Positions 49,201 through 61,509 of a stretch of DNA of 64,000 bases are shown in pieces. Under the pieces are notes generated by a model. That model was not told where the DNA came from. It did no database searches and saw nothing but the letters and a program-made list of their open reading frames with translations. The stretch's first letter is position 1. Each line of letters begins with the position of its first letter. A program made the position numbers and the translations under genes. The stretch covers positions 124,001 through 188,000 of the forward strand of contig JALDZS010000008.1 of NCBI GenBank assembly GCA_022813965.1, given 5' to 3'. This DNA is from Toensbergia leucococca (taxonomy: Eukaryota).

Positions 49201-50337
49201 TTCATTTCTACTAGCGAGCAGGTACAGACAATCCCCAAAATCGATCATAGCGCCTACTCACTCTTACGTAGATCCAAACCATCATTTACGCTCTACAAAA
49301 TCAAGTTGTGGAATTGATCCAAGATCTCAATGGAAATCATGTTATTCAGAAATGTTTGAATCGTCTTACCCCAGAAGATGCGCAGGTATGTCCTGCTACG
49401 TTTTCTTCCATGAAATAGAACTGATGGGTTATAGTTCATCTTTGATGCTGTTGGCGCCAACTGTGTAGTCGTTGGAACACATCGTCATGGCTGCTGCGTC
49501 TTGCAACGCTGTATCGATCATGCCTCTGGTCACCAGAAAGCTCAGCTTATCAGTCAGATCACTACAAATGCCTTCTCGCTCGTGCAGGATCCCTTTGGAA
49601 ATTATGTACTTCAATACATCGTTGACCTTGGAGAATCCGACTTCACCAATCCACTTTGCTACAGTTTTAGAGGCAGCATTGGAGCATTGTCGAAGCAGAA
49701 ATTCAGCTCCAACGTAATGGAAAAGTGCTTGCGTGGCGCTGAATCGAGCGTCACGCGTGTGATGATTGAAGAGATGCTGGGAGCGAATGAGCTTGAGAAG
49801 ATGCTGCGAGACTCTTTCGCCAATTATGTTGTGCAAACTGCTCTCGATTATGCTGATCCCGAGACTAAGAATCGACTTGTTGAAGCGATACGCCCCATCC
49901 TACCAGCAATTCGTCAAACGCCTTACGGTCGTCGAATCCAAAGCAAAATACTTGGAGGAGACGGTCAAGACCGCCTGAGTGGTCTTTCCACGCCCAATGA
50001 TGTTTCCTCACCTGGGCAAATTCCATTAGGAAGGCACGTCACTAATGGCGCGGGCTCGAATCCATACGCAGCGCCGAATCTGAACGGCTTCCAGGGCATG
50101 AACGGCACTTACGTTAACCCCGTCCAAGGTACATACCAGGTCAATGGAAACTCAAGCGTAGCGCCATTCACGCCGTCCGTAGCAACTACTTCTGCTTCGC
50201 GTCCACACACCCTAAGCAACGGGTCTTCGTCTTCCAATTTCACTCAATTCAGTCCCGATAGCAACCAGACTTCTGTACATCAACCAGTAGCATCATATGG
50301 ACGTGCTCCACAAGTCAATGGCTTCAACTATTTCTAA
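46276..50337 (+). CDS. PUF4: Pumilio-family RNA-binding protein (Puf4/Puf5 class), multi-exon
   Basis: PUF repeats LCKDQHGCRYLQKKLE, DPFGNYLCQKL, LNQHGTRALQK, DLNGNHVIQKC, HRHGCCVLQRC, QKFSSNVMEKC, DSFANYVVQT, after a long low-complexity N-terminus. Confidence 0.9.
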
Positions 50338-52603
50338 AGGACTTTTGTCCACCTATCCACGATCTAGTTACATTGCACTGGAGACGACTAAACGAATCTT
50401 TATGTGGATACGGCCAATCATGACATCTTTCACTATCAGAATAATCTGCAATGTCACACTATCTTAAATCTTGAAACGAAAATGGAGCGCACATAAATTT
50501 AGTCCTCGGTCTTTGGTCCACGTCCAACCAGGCGTCTTCAGCATCTTAACGGCAAGTCGGCGTAACTGTAGCCTCTAGTCTCAGGCATCGAGCACCGCAC
50601 TACTGGAGTCGAAAATGTCTTCTTTTTATGACCCAAGTCATGCACCCTTCCACGGGTAATGATGGCCAGCAGCAGATGCATCATTTTCTTTCTCTTGTAA
50701 TCGTATCGATAGACAAACAAGCACTGATCATGTTTACTTCCAGTTCATTGGCTTTTATTTTCCTGCGTTCATCGGCATATCCCTCAACTCTCATACCAGG
50801 CTGCTACCTTAGGCCGTGTGCTATCTAACGATATTTATCCTACTTCTTGGCTTAGGCTATCCTTTCGAATGGACATCACAAGCAGGATACTTTCACGGTC
50901 CTTCTTTGGCATTACATCTTAGCCAGCATTTCTCCTTCCCTCTTCATTTGCTTTCCTGTTCCTAGATTTCTGCCCTGTCTCACATACATTTCCTGTTTCA
51001 CGGACGAGATCAACGGCCGATGGTTGCTCCAATTTTTGCATGGGGCCGAGAAAGTCCAGGATGGGAAGGGCCCGGATGCAACTGTGCGGGGCAGATGATG
51101 TATTAGAGGTTGTGCTATCAGATTTTTCCTTCTCTTTGTTGGCCCGAGGGTTAGGTTGATACTTTTTTGATGAATATGGAAAACGAACATGCGCTGATTT
51201 TTGTATGGCTTAGTGACGTGAGATCTTTGATGATTGTTAATTGTGGTCAGTTGTGGTCATTCGTATCTCCGTGCCACATTCCAGGAATTATAACCCCTTG
51301 TATTACTGCCCTGCCCCGCTCCCAGGCTGCCTTGGATTAATTCGACGATGAAGTGAGATGCCTTTCCTTTACCATACAAAAGTAGCTACATCTTAATCCC
51401 TCCCTACCTTCCTTCCTCCCCCGAGCTCTCAAAACACCCACATCCACATTCTGCATCCCGCAATATCGCACTCACCTTCCCCCCACCTCATAGCCGAAAA
51501 CCCATCAAAAGCTCCAAAACTCAGCTTATCTAAACCTCCAGCCCCCCCAAAAGAAATAGAAATATATAGATCTGATCTGGTCCACCCTACCTATCCCCCC
51601 CCTGACCCGGAACTCGGGGGGGGGAAAGATCCAGATCTTTAACCCCCAAAGGCATGGGTTGTTGTTGTTTTTTTATTCCGTGGCTCTTGTCTAGCTGGAC
51701 ATTTGATGAGGGTATGTACGGATAGCTAGAGATGGGATTGAGTGTGAAGGCTGGTGGTCTTGGAGTTGGAGTTGGGGGGTCGAGGTGCGGGTTTGTGGTG
51801 TGGGGTTCGAATATTTTGTGCACTTTTTTTTGGTGGGGTAGTTGCTTTTCTTTTCTAGAGAGGGGAGTGGTGGGGGGGGGGAGGGTTTGGCATAGGATCT
51901 GAAGGAGGTTTGCGAAAGGGGGGGGGGGGTTCCGCCTCTTTTTGGGCACACATGCGGTCTTTTTTGCTTAGGATGGAGATCTCCGAGGCGAAGAAGGTTT
52001 GGTTTTTTTTTCATATTTATGGGTCCTGGGCTTGGATTGGAGGGATTTTGTTTACGAGGAAAATTCGTTATTTCTTTCTTCTCACCGAATCGACCAACAT
52101 GACCAAACCGGAGTATCCGAGCTCCCAGAAAGGTAGCAGCAGCAGCAGCAGGGACCGCAAAAGTAGTGAACAGAAATACCACCACATGAATCTATCGCCT
52201 CTCCTAATCACTCGTTCCAATTCCCCCCAATCCCATCCAGTCTCCATAGAAGAGAAAGGAACAAGGAAGGAAAAAAAAAAGAGGGAACAAAGAGCCAGAA
52301 AGTACATACGTCCTTTCCTTTCCACCCCCCCTCCCCCAAAGGAGGAAAAGGGACATCTTGGGGGAAAAAAAGGGTACCTAAAGTGTTGAAAGAGAGAGGG
52401 AGAAGGGATAAAGGAAAAAGTATCCAGGTCTCCCCAAACACACTCGCTCGCTCGCTCGCTTGCCTGCTCCTTCGCCTTTGTAGAAATCCATGCCTAGCTT
52501 GACGATCAATCTAAAATAAAGTCGACACCGAATAAAAATCAAAATCAATTACCACCCTCTCGCTCTCTCCCATCCCCAAAAAGCCACACTTCCTCCTTAC
52601 TTC

Positions 52604-54402
52604 CTAGAAAGCCTGACTCCCAATCTCCCCCCCACCAGTCAAGCGTTCCAAATGCCCCTCAGCAAGCTCACTTTTAAGACCCTCCCTCCTTCCTTCCCTC
52701 TCACTTCTCTCCCACTCTCTCAATCCCTCCCTCTTGACACGCTGCTTCTCCTCGATAGCTTCTAGCAACTTCTTTTTATCCTCCTCTAATTGCGCCAAGC
52801 GCTTCTCAGCCTGAGGATCCAAGCCGCTGGGCAACAATTTGCCACCGGGTACGATCGCAGGGACACTACCAAGATGCTGTGAAAAGCGTTGGGTGCGAGG
52901 GTAGGTGGTTGAGGAGCTATTGTTTGGGCGGAAGGGAGGGCGAGATTCAAAAGGTGGAGGGCCAGAGTTGGAGTTGGAGCCGCGAGGACCTACTGGAACG
53001 CTTTCTTGCGAGCGGGAGTCGTAATTCGAAGGATGACGGGATGGAGGGCCGTGGTATTGAGATTGTGGGGGAGGGCCGCCACGGCGGGGGGGTGGTGGGC
53101 CGCCGTGAGGGTAGTCGCGGGGGACTTCTCGATTAACGAAGGGACTGCCACGGGGGCGAGTGGGGGCGGTGAGAAGGGTTGCGCTGCTAGGGCGATTATG
53201 GGCGGACATGGAGATTGGTGCTGAGGGTGGGCCGGAGGGATTTTCACGAGCGTAAGACCCGTTGTACTGGGGTGCGCCTGGACCATTGGGCGGAGCTCGA
53301 GAATCGCCGTTATGGTAATTTGGGCCGGAAGCTATCGGGCCCTGTGGTCTGGACCAGGTGTTGGACGTTGTACCGTTCCGACGATCGTCTCTGTCACGTG
53401 GAGGTGGCGAGTTGTGTCTTCGAGGCGGAGGAGAACGATGACGATGTGTAAGCGAGCCCCGTGGAGGAGACCTAGGTCCAGGAGAATAGGGTCGTCGCGG
53501 AGAAGTTCTGTCACGCACAGGAGGAGATACCGGGATAGGCGGAGCGCGAGCGTTGACGTAGGCAGGAGAATGATCCCCGGAACCGGTCATTGCCATTCTA
53601 TCTGGATGAATGGGAGGCGAGGAACGGCGAGACGAGGTCGGAGTATCAATACGAGTGGGAAAATCCGGCCGTCGTGCTGGAGACCTAGAGCGTTCTCTTT
53701 GAGCAGGGCGATAATTGTTTTCGCGTGGAAATCTTGGTGCAGTATCTCGTGGAGGCGAGTTTCCACGTCTGTCGTATCTCTCGCGCACTGGAGAAATATA
53801 TCGTTCTCTCTTAATAGGTGGAGGCGAGCGTAGGCGGCGATCCTCGATCGGGGATGGCTCACGAACTCTCTTCAAGGGAGCAGGCGATCGTGCTTGGCCC
53901 AAGCCCATGGGAGACCTCGAGTATCTTCGGACCCTTGGTGGCGGCGATCTCATACGTTCATCTCTTCGAGGCGAATATGCACGAGGTGGTGATCTTGGTC
54001 GGCCTCTAAAGTTGCCCATAGGTTCTCTTCCCCTAAGAAGAGGACTCCGTGAGCGACGCCGAGGCGATCTACTTCGTGGACGCTCGGCCCCTCGACCTCC
54101 TCCAGGAGCATATGTGTCTGTGGTGAGAGGTGGGGTTCGAGCTCTTCGAGGAGGAGATCGATTCGCACGATAAATGTTTGCTCGTGGTGGTGGGGAGCGC
54201 TCATTACGATCCGACGGTCGATAAGTCTGACCACGATCTCCATCGTCATATCTAGAAGAGTCTCATGTCAGTATGGACATCAGAAGTATATCTCCACCGG
54301 GCTGAGCTCTGATTTTAGGATTGTGGGTGTGCAGCGAGGAGCTGTCAATGACTGTCTAGTTCAGGAGAATCCAAATTACCTTCTATCCCGGCCTCTCTCC
54401 AT
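52604..54402 (-). CDS. Ser/Arg/Pro-rich (SRRM-like) fungal protein with a C-terminal coiled coil, 2 exons
   Basis: MERGRDR|RYDD..., many RSPP repeats, C-terminal STTYPRTQRF...EKRLAQLEED...LREWER...LKSELAEGHLE. Confidence 0.8.
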
Positions 54403-54836
54403 GACAACTGGCTGCGAGGTTCGAAGTGAGTGATGAGGATAGCAAGCTAGATATCAAATGACAGTAGGATGAATGTATCGATCGTGTTTGGCTGGTAGTG
54501 AATGTTGGAGCTTTGCAAACGTAGTTACTGCTCACCGAATGATGAGGTTCGAAAATTAAAACTCGGGTATAGAATACGCTAACCAGATTGGGTATATGTT
54601 GATGGAACGCGTTTCTTCAAGTAGCACGTCAGCTCTTCAGTGATAGGATGGTGCCCATGCTATCTTCTCTGCATCTTATTTCCGTGTCTTATGAGGACAA
54701 AGATCCGTCGCGAGCTGGTGAGATGGACAAGTTTTCACATTCACATACGTAGACACGGCATAGTGAATCGAGGCATACAATCTTGAAGGCTTAGGTTGCT
54801 GCAAAGTCTTGCCATCAGGTATTTCCTCCATGCACA

Positions 54837-56567
54837 CTAGCGTCTCGCTTTTCTCACTTCGTCTGTCTTCTGCCTCTTCCGACTTTCTCTAGCTATCATA
54901 TCACTTAAATCTTCTTGGAAGCCCCATTGCCCCTGCTCCTGCTGCCGCTGCGCTTCATACAGCCTCTTCATGTCCTCTTTATCCATACCATCCTTGGCTT
55001 GCAGAGTATCAGGATCCATTGCTACTTCCACATCACCTGGCTTTTTACGCTTCTTATTAATATCTTCTTGGCCTAGAACAGGTAGACTACTCTGAGCAGC
55101 TTTTAGATCATATGTCCGGTCCCCACCAAAGAATCCTTGTACTTTGGCCTGCTGTTCCGGAATAACCTGATAGGCAGCTCGAGGATGAGAAGATTCTTCT
55201 GTTTCTGTACCTCGCCGATGTTTCCGTAGATCGAACTCGCCAGCCACGCTCTCAGCCCCACCGTATTCAGAGGGTATTGTTGATGCCATGCCTCCTGGCG
55301 TTTCCAGGCCACTTGGTGTTTGTAAGCCAGCCCCAACATCTTCTTCGCCGTCTTCCTCTTCATCGTCGCTTTCCTCCTCCTCGGATTCTTCCTCTGGCTC
55401 TTGCAGTTCGCCCCACAATGTCTTTTCTACAGGCTCGCCCATTTGAGCGTTCTGTTGCGGTTGAAGCACGCCAAAAATGTCGCCTCCATACAATGGTCGA
55501 TTATACTCATCGACGGGTGGCTTACCATAGCCCCCTGGCATAAATCCCCACTGGCCTCCAGGGGGAGGAGGTGCATTTAGTCCTGGTATCTTAAGAGCAG
55601 GATATGATGGTGGCGGGCCGAATCGCTGTTGATTGATCAGCCATGGGGGTGGCGCGCCGGGTGGGATGTTCAGAGCTTCTTTTAACTCTTCACTGAGCTC
55701 ACCGGGTCGAAGATGTTTGAGATTAGTCTCGTACTCTTTGCCCTCATAGTAAACCTCACCGTAGCGGGTGAGTTCTGGCTTTGTCTGGAATCGGAAGAAA
55801 GCTTCGTAGAGTTTCTGGTAGTCAATGTCAAGCTTACCCATTTTTGGCTGTACTCTCTCACGTTGCTTTTGCTTGAGACTAGCTTGATCTTGTTTCTCAA
55901 GGACAGCGTCTCGCATCTCAGCAATACCAGTCTCTTGGATGAATTTAGGCAGCGCGAAAGGCGGTTTCTCAACTCCGCGCTTAGACGATAAATACTCGCG
56001 TTTCAAAGACCAATGTGTGGGTACGGGAACAACGTTGCGATAAGCTTTGATGTGCACGAGCAACCGAGGATCTGAGGCTGATGTATCTGTCCAGTCTACA
56101 GTCTCTGGTTTGGCGACTAAAGCTTTGAGTTCTGCAACCGACAGTTTATTTTGTTCTTTTCGCTTCTTTTTAGAAAGCTTTGGTTCCCCCTTCTCCTCAT
56201 CTTCGTCGGGTATCTCATCATCATCATCGTAGTAGACTTCAGGTTTCTCGGGCTCTTTCAGCGATGGATCCTCCTTATTTCCTTGTTCGAATTTTTCCAT
56301 AATGCCCCTGTACATCTCGTAAAGTGGATTTTCCTCGTCCATAGCATCTAAATCAACCTGCTCCTCAAGCGGAGGAGCTACAGTCTCAGGTTGCAAAGGA
56401 GTTTCCGGCTCGCCATTGGGATCTGGACTTGAAGTAGTCGTGACCTGTCTCATATTATCAGTAGGTTGCGAGCTGTATTCTGTGAGACGACATACGCCAT
56501 TCTGCTTCGCAGCCTTCTTCTTTGCTCTCTTCATTTGATTCTTCGACGACTTCACGGCGGACGGCAT
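54837..56567 (-). CDS. CUS1: U2 snRNP splicing factor SF3B2/SAP145
   Basis: KLSVAELKALV, VVPVPTHWSLKREYL, LPKFIQETGIAEMR, VQPKMGKLDIDYQKL, QRFGPPPSYPALKIPGLNAP. Confidence 0.94.
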   Translation of the reverse strand: MPSAVKSSKNQMKRAKKKAAKQNGVCRLTEYSSQPTDNMRQVTTTSSPDPNGEPETPLQPETVAPPLEEQVDLDAMDEENPLYEMYRGIMEKFEQGNKEDPSLKEPEKPEVYYDDDDEIPDEDEEKGEPKLSKKKRKEQNKLSVAELKALVAKPETVDWTDTSASDPRLLVHIKAYRNVVPVPTHWSLKREYLSSKRGVEKPPFALPKFIQETGIAEMRDAVLEKQDQASLKQKQRERVQPKMGKLDIDYQKLYEAFFRFQTKPELTRYGEVYYEGKEYETNLKHLRPGELSEELKEALNIPPGAPPPWLINQQRFGPPPSYPALKIPGLNAPPPPGGQWGFMPGGYGKPPVDEYNRPLYGGDIFGVLQPQQNAQMGEPVEKTLWGELQEPEEESEEEESDDEEEDGEEDVGAGLQTPSGLETPGGMASTIPSEYGGAESVAGEFDLRKHRRGTETEESSHPRAAYQVIPEQQAKVQGFFGGDRTYDLKAAQSSLPVLGQEDINKKRKKPGDVEVAMDPDTLQAKDGMDKEDMKRLYEAQRQQEQGQWGFQEDLSDMIARESRKRQKTDEVRKARR

Positions 56568-57648
56568 CGTGGCGGCCAACCCTGTCGAATCGCGAGAAAT
56601 GCTAGACCTCACAGATCAGAAGCAAAAAGTTACAGAAAAGTTGAAGTTGTCCTGTATTTGAGGTTTACGGTGTTAATTAATACATGAATGTCGCGGTCTT
56701 AGTTGCAGTCTGCGGATACGAGGTCCGAAGTTTCAATACATGCACTAGCGTTGAACGATACAGTACGGGCACACGGGCACGACGGGGTATCCATACTCCA
56801 TATAAGATGCTCAATTTCAAGGTACTTTAAGATCAAATTCGAGTAGATCTCCATTCGCTACCTACCTACTAGCACAAATGACGGTAAAGTTCTACTTATA
56901 TCACTTCAGGCCAGCTCTACCTACGCTTCTACTGGCTCTACGTTTCTGGTTCGTTGCCAAGTTGCCTGAAGGCTCACTCTAATGTGTTATCAGGGGCACT
57001 GAAGGTCCTTTGAGATCATGTTAGTCGTACTTCTCACAGTCACTGAGCACAAGTTTCACCTGTAAACCCGGAGTATTGATCTGGTGCTAAAAAGGCTTTG
57101 ACAAGTGACAACAGCATGTTGAAACCCCCATAATCTTACTCGTTGTTGTCTCCGAAATGGATTCATTCCTTTCTCTGCAGTTATAAGGGTGAATCATTCA
57201 ATACTAGTTCTCAGTGTCAAGTGATCGGGCTTGATAAACATTCAGAACACACCTCATGGTTTCTTTCTAACGATTTTACACCAGACTTGGCAATCTGGTC
57301 ATGAGCGTGCTACCTATCAATTTATCTGAAGGGCGTGGAGGGTCTGAGTCTCCCTATAGCCATTTACCAAAACTTTCCGCACAACAACACTACTCGTACC
57401 GCGTCTAAAAAATGGTAAATGCCTTCATTAGCAACAAAATAGAATATCAGTATCATCCTGAAAACCACCTAATCTCCTATCGTAGTCAATGGAGTGGCAA
57501 TTCAACAAGCCAATGGGCTGTTTTGTGATTCTATATTTCTTGCCTTTTGGAAAAATTTGCAGAACACCATAACCCGGCCTTCATACGCCATTTGCAAACC
57601 AGAAAGAAGTCTTGAACTATTCCCTCGCTATGGGCAGAAATACAAGCA

Positions 57649-58184
57649 CTAGAAAGTAGCGGGCTTTGAAGACTTTGCATCCGGAGGTGAGGGCTTTTTC
57701 CTCTTGCCTGCCAACTTCTTCGACTCTGAGGATAAATTTCAGTACGATTGAGTCGTGATTGCCGCCCTAAGGAGTACTTTACCTTCAGCCGTTCTCTTTT
57801 TCTTGGGTGCGCCTTTGCCTCTTTGCTTCGTCCTGAGGAGATTCAGTTCAGTCTTTTGTTCTAGCGTAGAGATTTAGAATTCATAATCTAACAATTGTAT
57901 TGCCTCTAGTCTCTCCTCCTCGTCATCGTCCCATGTCTCAAATCCAGGATATGCGTCTCTTAGGTCTCTCAAGGTAACAGGTCTTCTTGGGTAATATGCC
58001 GCCATGGATGGGCCTCTTAGTCTTTGGCGTAGAATTTTGTTACCGGTTCTCAAGCGCTCTGGATTGTAGGTTGTGGAGAAAATTCGACATTGCACCTGTG
58101 TGTCTTTAGTAATAGCTTTTAAGGGAGGAGTATGAGAGATTTGACCTTCATCAGATCGAGAATACGCGATCGAGCGACAGACAT
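57649..58184 (-). CDS. RSM27: Mitochondrial small-subunit ribosomal protein mS33/S27, 4 exons
   Basis: MSVARSRILDLMK|VQCRIFSTTYNPERLRTGNKILRQRLRGP..YYP, RGKGAPKKK. Confidence 0.92.
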
Positions 58185-58322
58185 TATTTGTTGCAGGCGT
58201 TTGGAAAGTGCTGTGATGTCGGTACGAGATTTATACTAAATGATGCACAAGTTGCATCACTCGTACGAGTATCCGTATATTTGCATAAAACGATTGCATT
58301 AATTAGGTAGGAAGCTAAAATA

Positions 58323-58482
58323 CTCGTGTCGCCGAAAAGTCTATCTTCTTGGCAGTCTAACCCGATCGGGGACCACCAATCAAGTTGCCCACATCTCAGG
58401 ATAGGTGGGAATGTAAGCGGTCCGATTGGTTGATCTCGATCGGGTTAGACTGCCAAGAAGATAGACTTTTCGGCGACACGAA
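58323..58482. mobile_element. 160-bp hairpin MITE, copy 2 (inverted relative to copy 1)
   Basis: TA|CTCGTGTCGCCGAAAAGTCTATC...GATAGACTTTTCGGCGACACGAA|TA. The interior is the reverse complement of 5861-6020 with few differences. Confidence 0.9.
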
Positions 58483-58571
58483 TAAGTCCACTCACTCACT
58501 CACCTCCGCATTAAATTCCAAACATCGCGCATACTGTACCAAAGCCAGAGGGAGACAGCAACATTTTAATC

Positions 58572-59864
58572 ATGGCTAAAAAGAGAGGTCTCAAATTGGA
58601 AGACTCGGACTCCGGACATGTTGAAAAGAAACAAAAAGCTCCCAAGCCTGTATGTCTCCATTCGTGTTGACTGAGTAAGGCCTAATTTCTAACCTTTACC
58701 AAGGACAAAGATCGTAGCCATAGACCTCTTGGCTCGTCTGACTACGAGCCCGAAATTGCGCTGCAGAGTGAGAACCGAAGTGATATTAACTCCAGTCTTC
58801 TTCAAAGCTGCATGGCTGAGCTCGCCAGACTCACGTCGGATATTTCAGAGCATCCAGAACAAGAGGCAGAACATGCCAAGGTTTTTGGGAAGGATTTCGT
58901 CTCGGCTGCATTGAACCTTGGACGTGTCTTTCGTTCGAAGCAGTTATTCGACTCCTGTTCCACAATACCAAGTTCCCCTCACCCACAGACATCCTCATCG
59001 AAACTCATACACCCTTCCGCTCCTCTCCAACTTCAAGTTCCAAATCACTTGACGAGATCGTCCGAAAATACATTCCAACTCCCAAAGCTACCAGTCATAA
59101 GAGACGAATCCCTGGCAGACCTGCCCTTCACTCACCAAGGGGTTCTCCAGGCCCATCAGAGAGAGACTGTGAATCTGAGCTACGATCGACTTGAGCTACT
59201 TGGAGATGCTTATATTGAACTCTTTGCTACACGCCTGATTTTTCCTCGCTTTCCGCGTCTTCCCGCAGGCAGACTATCGCAAATTCGAGAGTCATTGGTC
59301 AAGAATGAGACACTTGCGGAGTTCTCCCTGGCCTATGGATTTGACAAAAGAGCGCATTTACCAAGTTCGATCAAGAACGCAGGACAGACTGGAAGTAAGA
59401 TCTGGACTAAAACCCTGGGGGACATTTTTGAAGCCTATGTTGCTGCGGTCGTAATATCTGACCTTATTGAGGGATTCGCAACTGCGGAGACCTGGCTGAC
59501 AGAGCTCTGGATTCCGAAGCTACCAGAGGAGGATATCATCAATCCCAATTCGAAGCTAAATCTATCTCAGAAGATCATGGGAAAGAACATCAAGATATCA
59601 TACCGAGAAGAACGGCCACAGGAGACGATCAAAAAGGAAGGTAAAATATGGTATCATATCGGAGCTTACCTTACCGGATGGGGATGGGAGGACCAACACT
59701 TAGGCTCGGGCAAGGGGTTGAATAAAGTGCTAGCTGGTAATCAAGCTGCTGCACAAGCTTTGTTAAATCCTCTAACAGACCAGATTGCAGCAGTCAAACG
59801 TGACTTTGATGCTAAGGTTAAAGCACAGAGAGAGCTACAGAGCAGCAATGTAGCAGGTAAATAG
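58572..59864 (+). CDS. RNT1: Ribonuclease III (Rnt1/Pac1-like; RNase III + dsRBD-like), 2 exons
   Basis: YDRLELLGDAYI signature, LVKNETLAEFSLAYGFD, LGDIFEAYVAAV, LGSGKGLNKVLAGNQAA. Intron at ~58650-58703. Confidence 0.85.
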
Positions 59865-60004
59865 TAAATCAAGACAAGTTTACACGCTCCCTTCCAAGCC
59901 CTGGAAACATATCGCATAACAACCTCAAACAGCACAGCATACCAATGATTCAACCATCTACCCAGAGAAACTGTACCACCGATAACTTCACACTTCCCAT
60001 AACT

Positions 60005-61509
60005 TCAGACTGGTACAAGCCCGTGGAGAAGATACCATCTCCGTACTTCAGCGTCGTGGTGTGCACGCTTGACTGTAAGTAAGCATCAATGGCTAAGATA
60101 TAGCGGGGACTATCAACTTACTTGTCTTCGGTTTGAAAGGATCTCGGCTGCTTGGCCAACTTTAGCAGCTTCAGCATTTATGTTTGCCTTTTCCTCATCA
60201 GTCAAGCCTTCCTTGGCCAGGAGCATGTCAGGGTGCGTTTGAATCCGCATTTTCTTTGCAGCTTCTTTAATCCTAATGCATAAGTTAGTACTACGTTAAC
60301 GATCAGAACATAATGTACATACTCCTCCTCCGAACTCTGTGGACTAATTCCTAGGGTCGCATAATGGTCAATAGGTCGATCATCCGCGGTGGCGGCTCCT
60401 CCGTTCGGCATACCCTCCTGATCACTTCTATGCTTCCTATGGCCTCGGGCACCCCGTGGAGGTGGAGCGTGCGATCCGTCTGCGAATCCCTCGAAGTGGT
60501 GGTGTCCACGAGGTGGAACGTACGAGCCCCCAGCAAAGCCATCATATGGTGGAGGTGGAACGTGTGATCCGTCTGCGAATCCCTCGAAGTGGTGGTGTCC
60601 CCGAGGTGGAATGTATGAACCCCCAGCAAAGCCACCATATGGTCCCCCATAGTTCCGGTGTGGAGCATCCTCCTCATCGTCAAACAGCCCTTCGTCGTCT
60701 TCGGGGGAAGATCCCATACCATGGGCCCGTCTTCCACGGCCATGTCCGGATTGATAGTGGCTCTGTTTTGGATGCCGTTTTCCGTGACGGTGTTCATGTT
60801 CAGAGTAATCGGCAAAGAACGGGTTTGGAGACCGTCTCCTATGGTCGTGTCCAGATTTTTGGTGACCGTCATGGAAGGGGCTACAATGCCGCCTACTATG
60901 CTCATGTCTAGACGTATGATGATGGCCTTCAGCTGGGCTCGGATGTCGCCTCCCAGACTTATGGTGGTCACCGAACCCTCCGCCTCGATGTCGCCCACCA
61001 TGTCTTCCTGAATGGTCTTGGCCAATGTCTTCATATTGGTACGTGGGAACGTATTCATACTCGTAATGATTCATTGGCGCCCTTTGCCCATACCCTCCTG
61101 AGTATTCAGCGTGTCTCACGTTTGACCGTGGACGGCTGTGATGTCTCGAAGGATGTCTATGATGCCTAGACCTCGCGAAGAAAGGGTCCTCATCATCGTC
61201 CTCCTCTATCACCTTTCGATGGCCTTTTCTGGATCTTCCTCGATTTCCGAACATTGGCATCTCATCTCCAGAAACATAGTACGCATCCTCATCAAATCCA
61301 CGCTTATACTCATGAGCACGCTTTATGTACCGTTCATATCGTTTCCATTCCCGCTTATCACGGCGCAACTCGGCCTCGTATTGATACCCTAAATCTGTTG
61401 TACGGCCCCGAGCATCTTCCAGTCCTGCATCTATCATATTTTTAGTTTCGTAATAACGATCTATGGCTTCTCGAAGGCGTTCACCGATGACCTGGCAGGG
61501 AGTGCGCAT
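60005..61509 (-). CDS. His/Arg/Gly-rich protein with a C-terminal DnaJ (J) domain, 3 exons
   Basis: DHYATLGISPQSSEEE|IKEAAKKMRIQTHPD...AAEILSNRRQ|RAHHD (HPD motif), after a long low-complexity N-terminus. Start codon tentative. Confidence 0.78.
60457..60640 (-). repeat. Tandem 93-bp (31-aa) duplication inside the J-domain gene
   Basis: YGGFAGGSYIPPRGHHHFEGFADGSHVPPPP / YDGFAGGSYVPPRGHHHFEGFADGSHAPPP. Confidence 0.9.
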
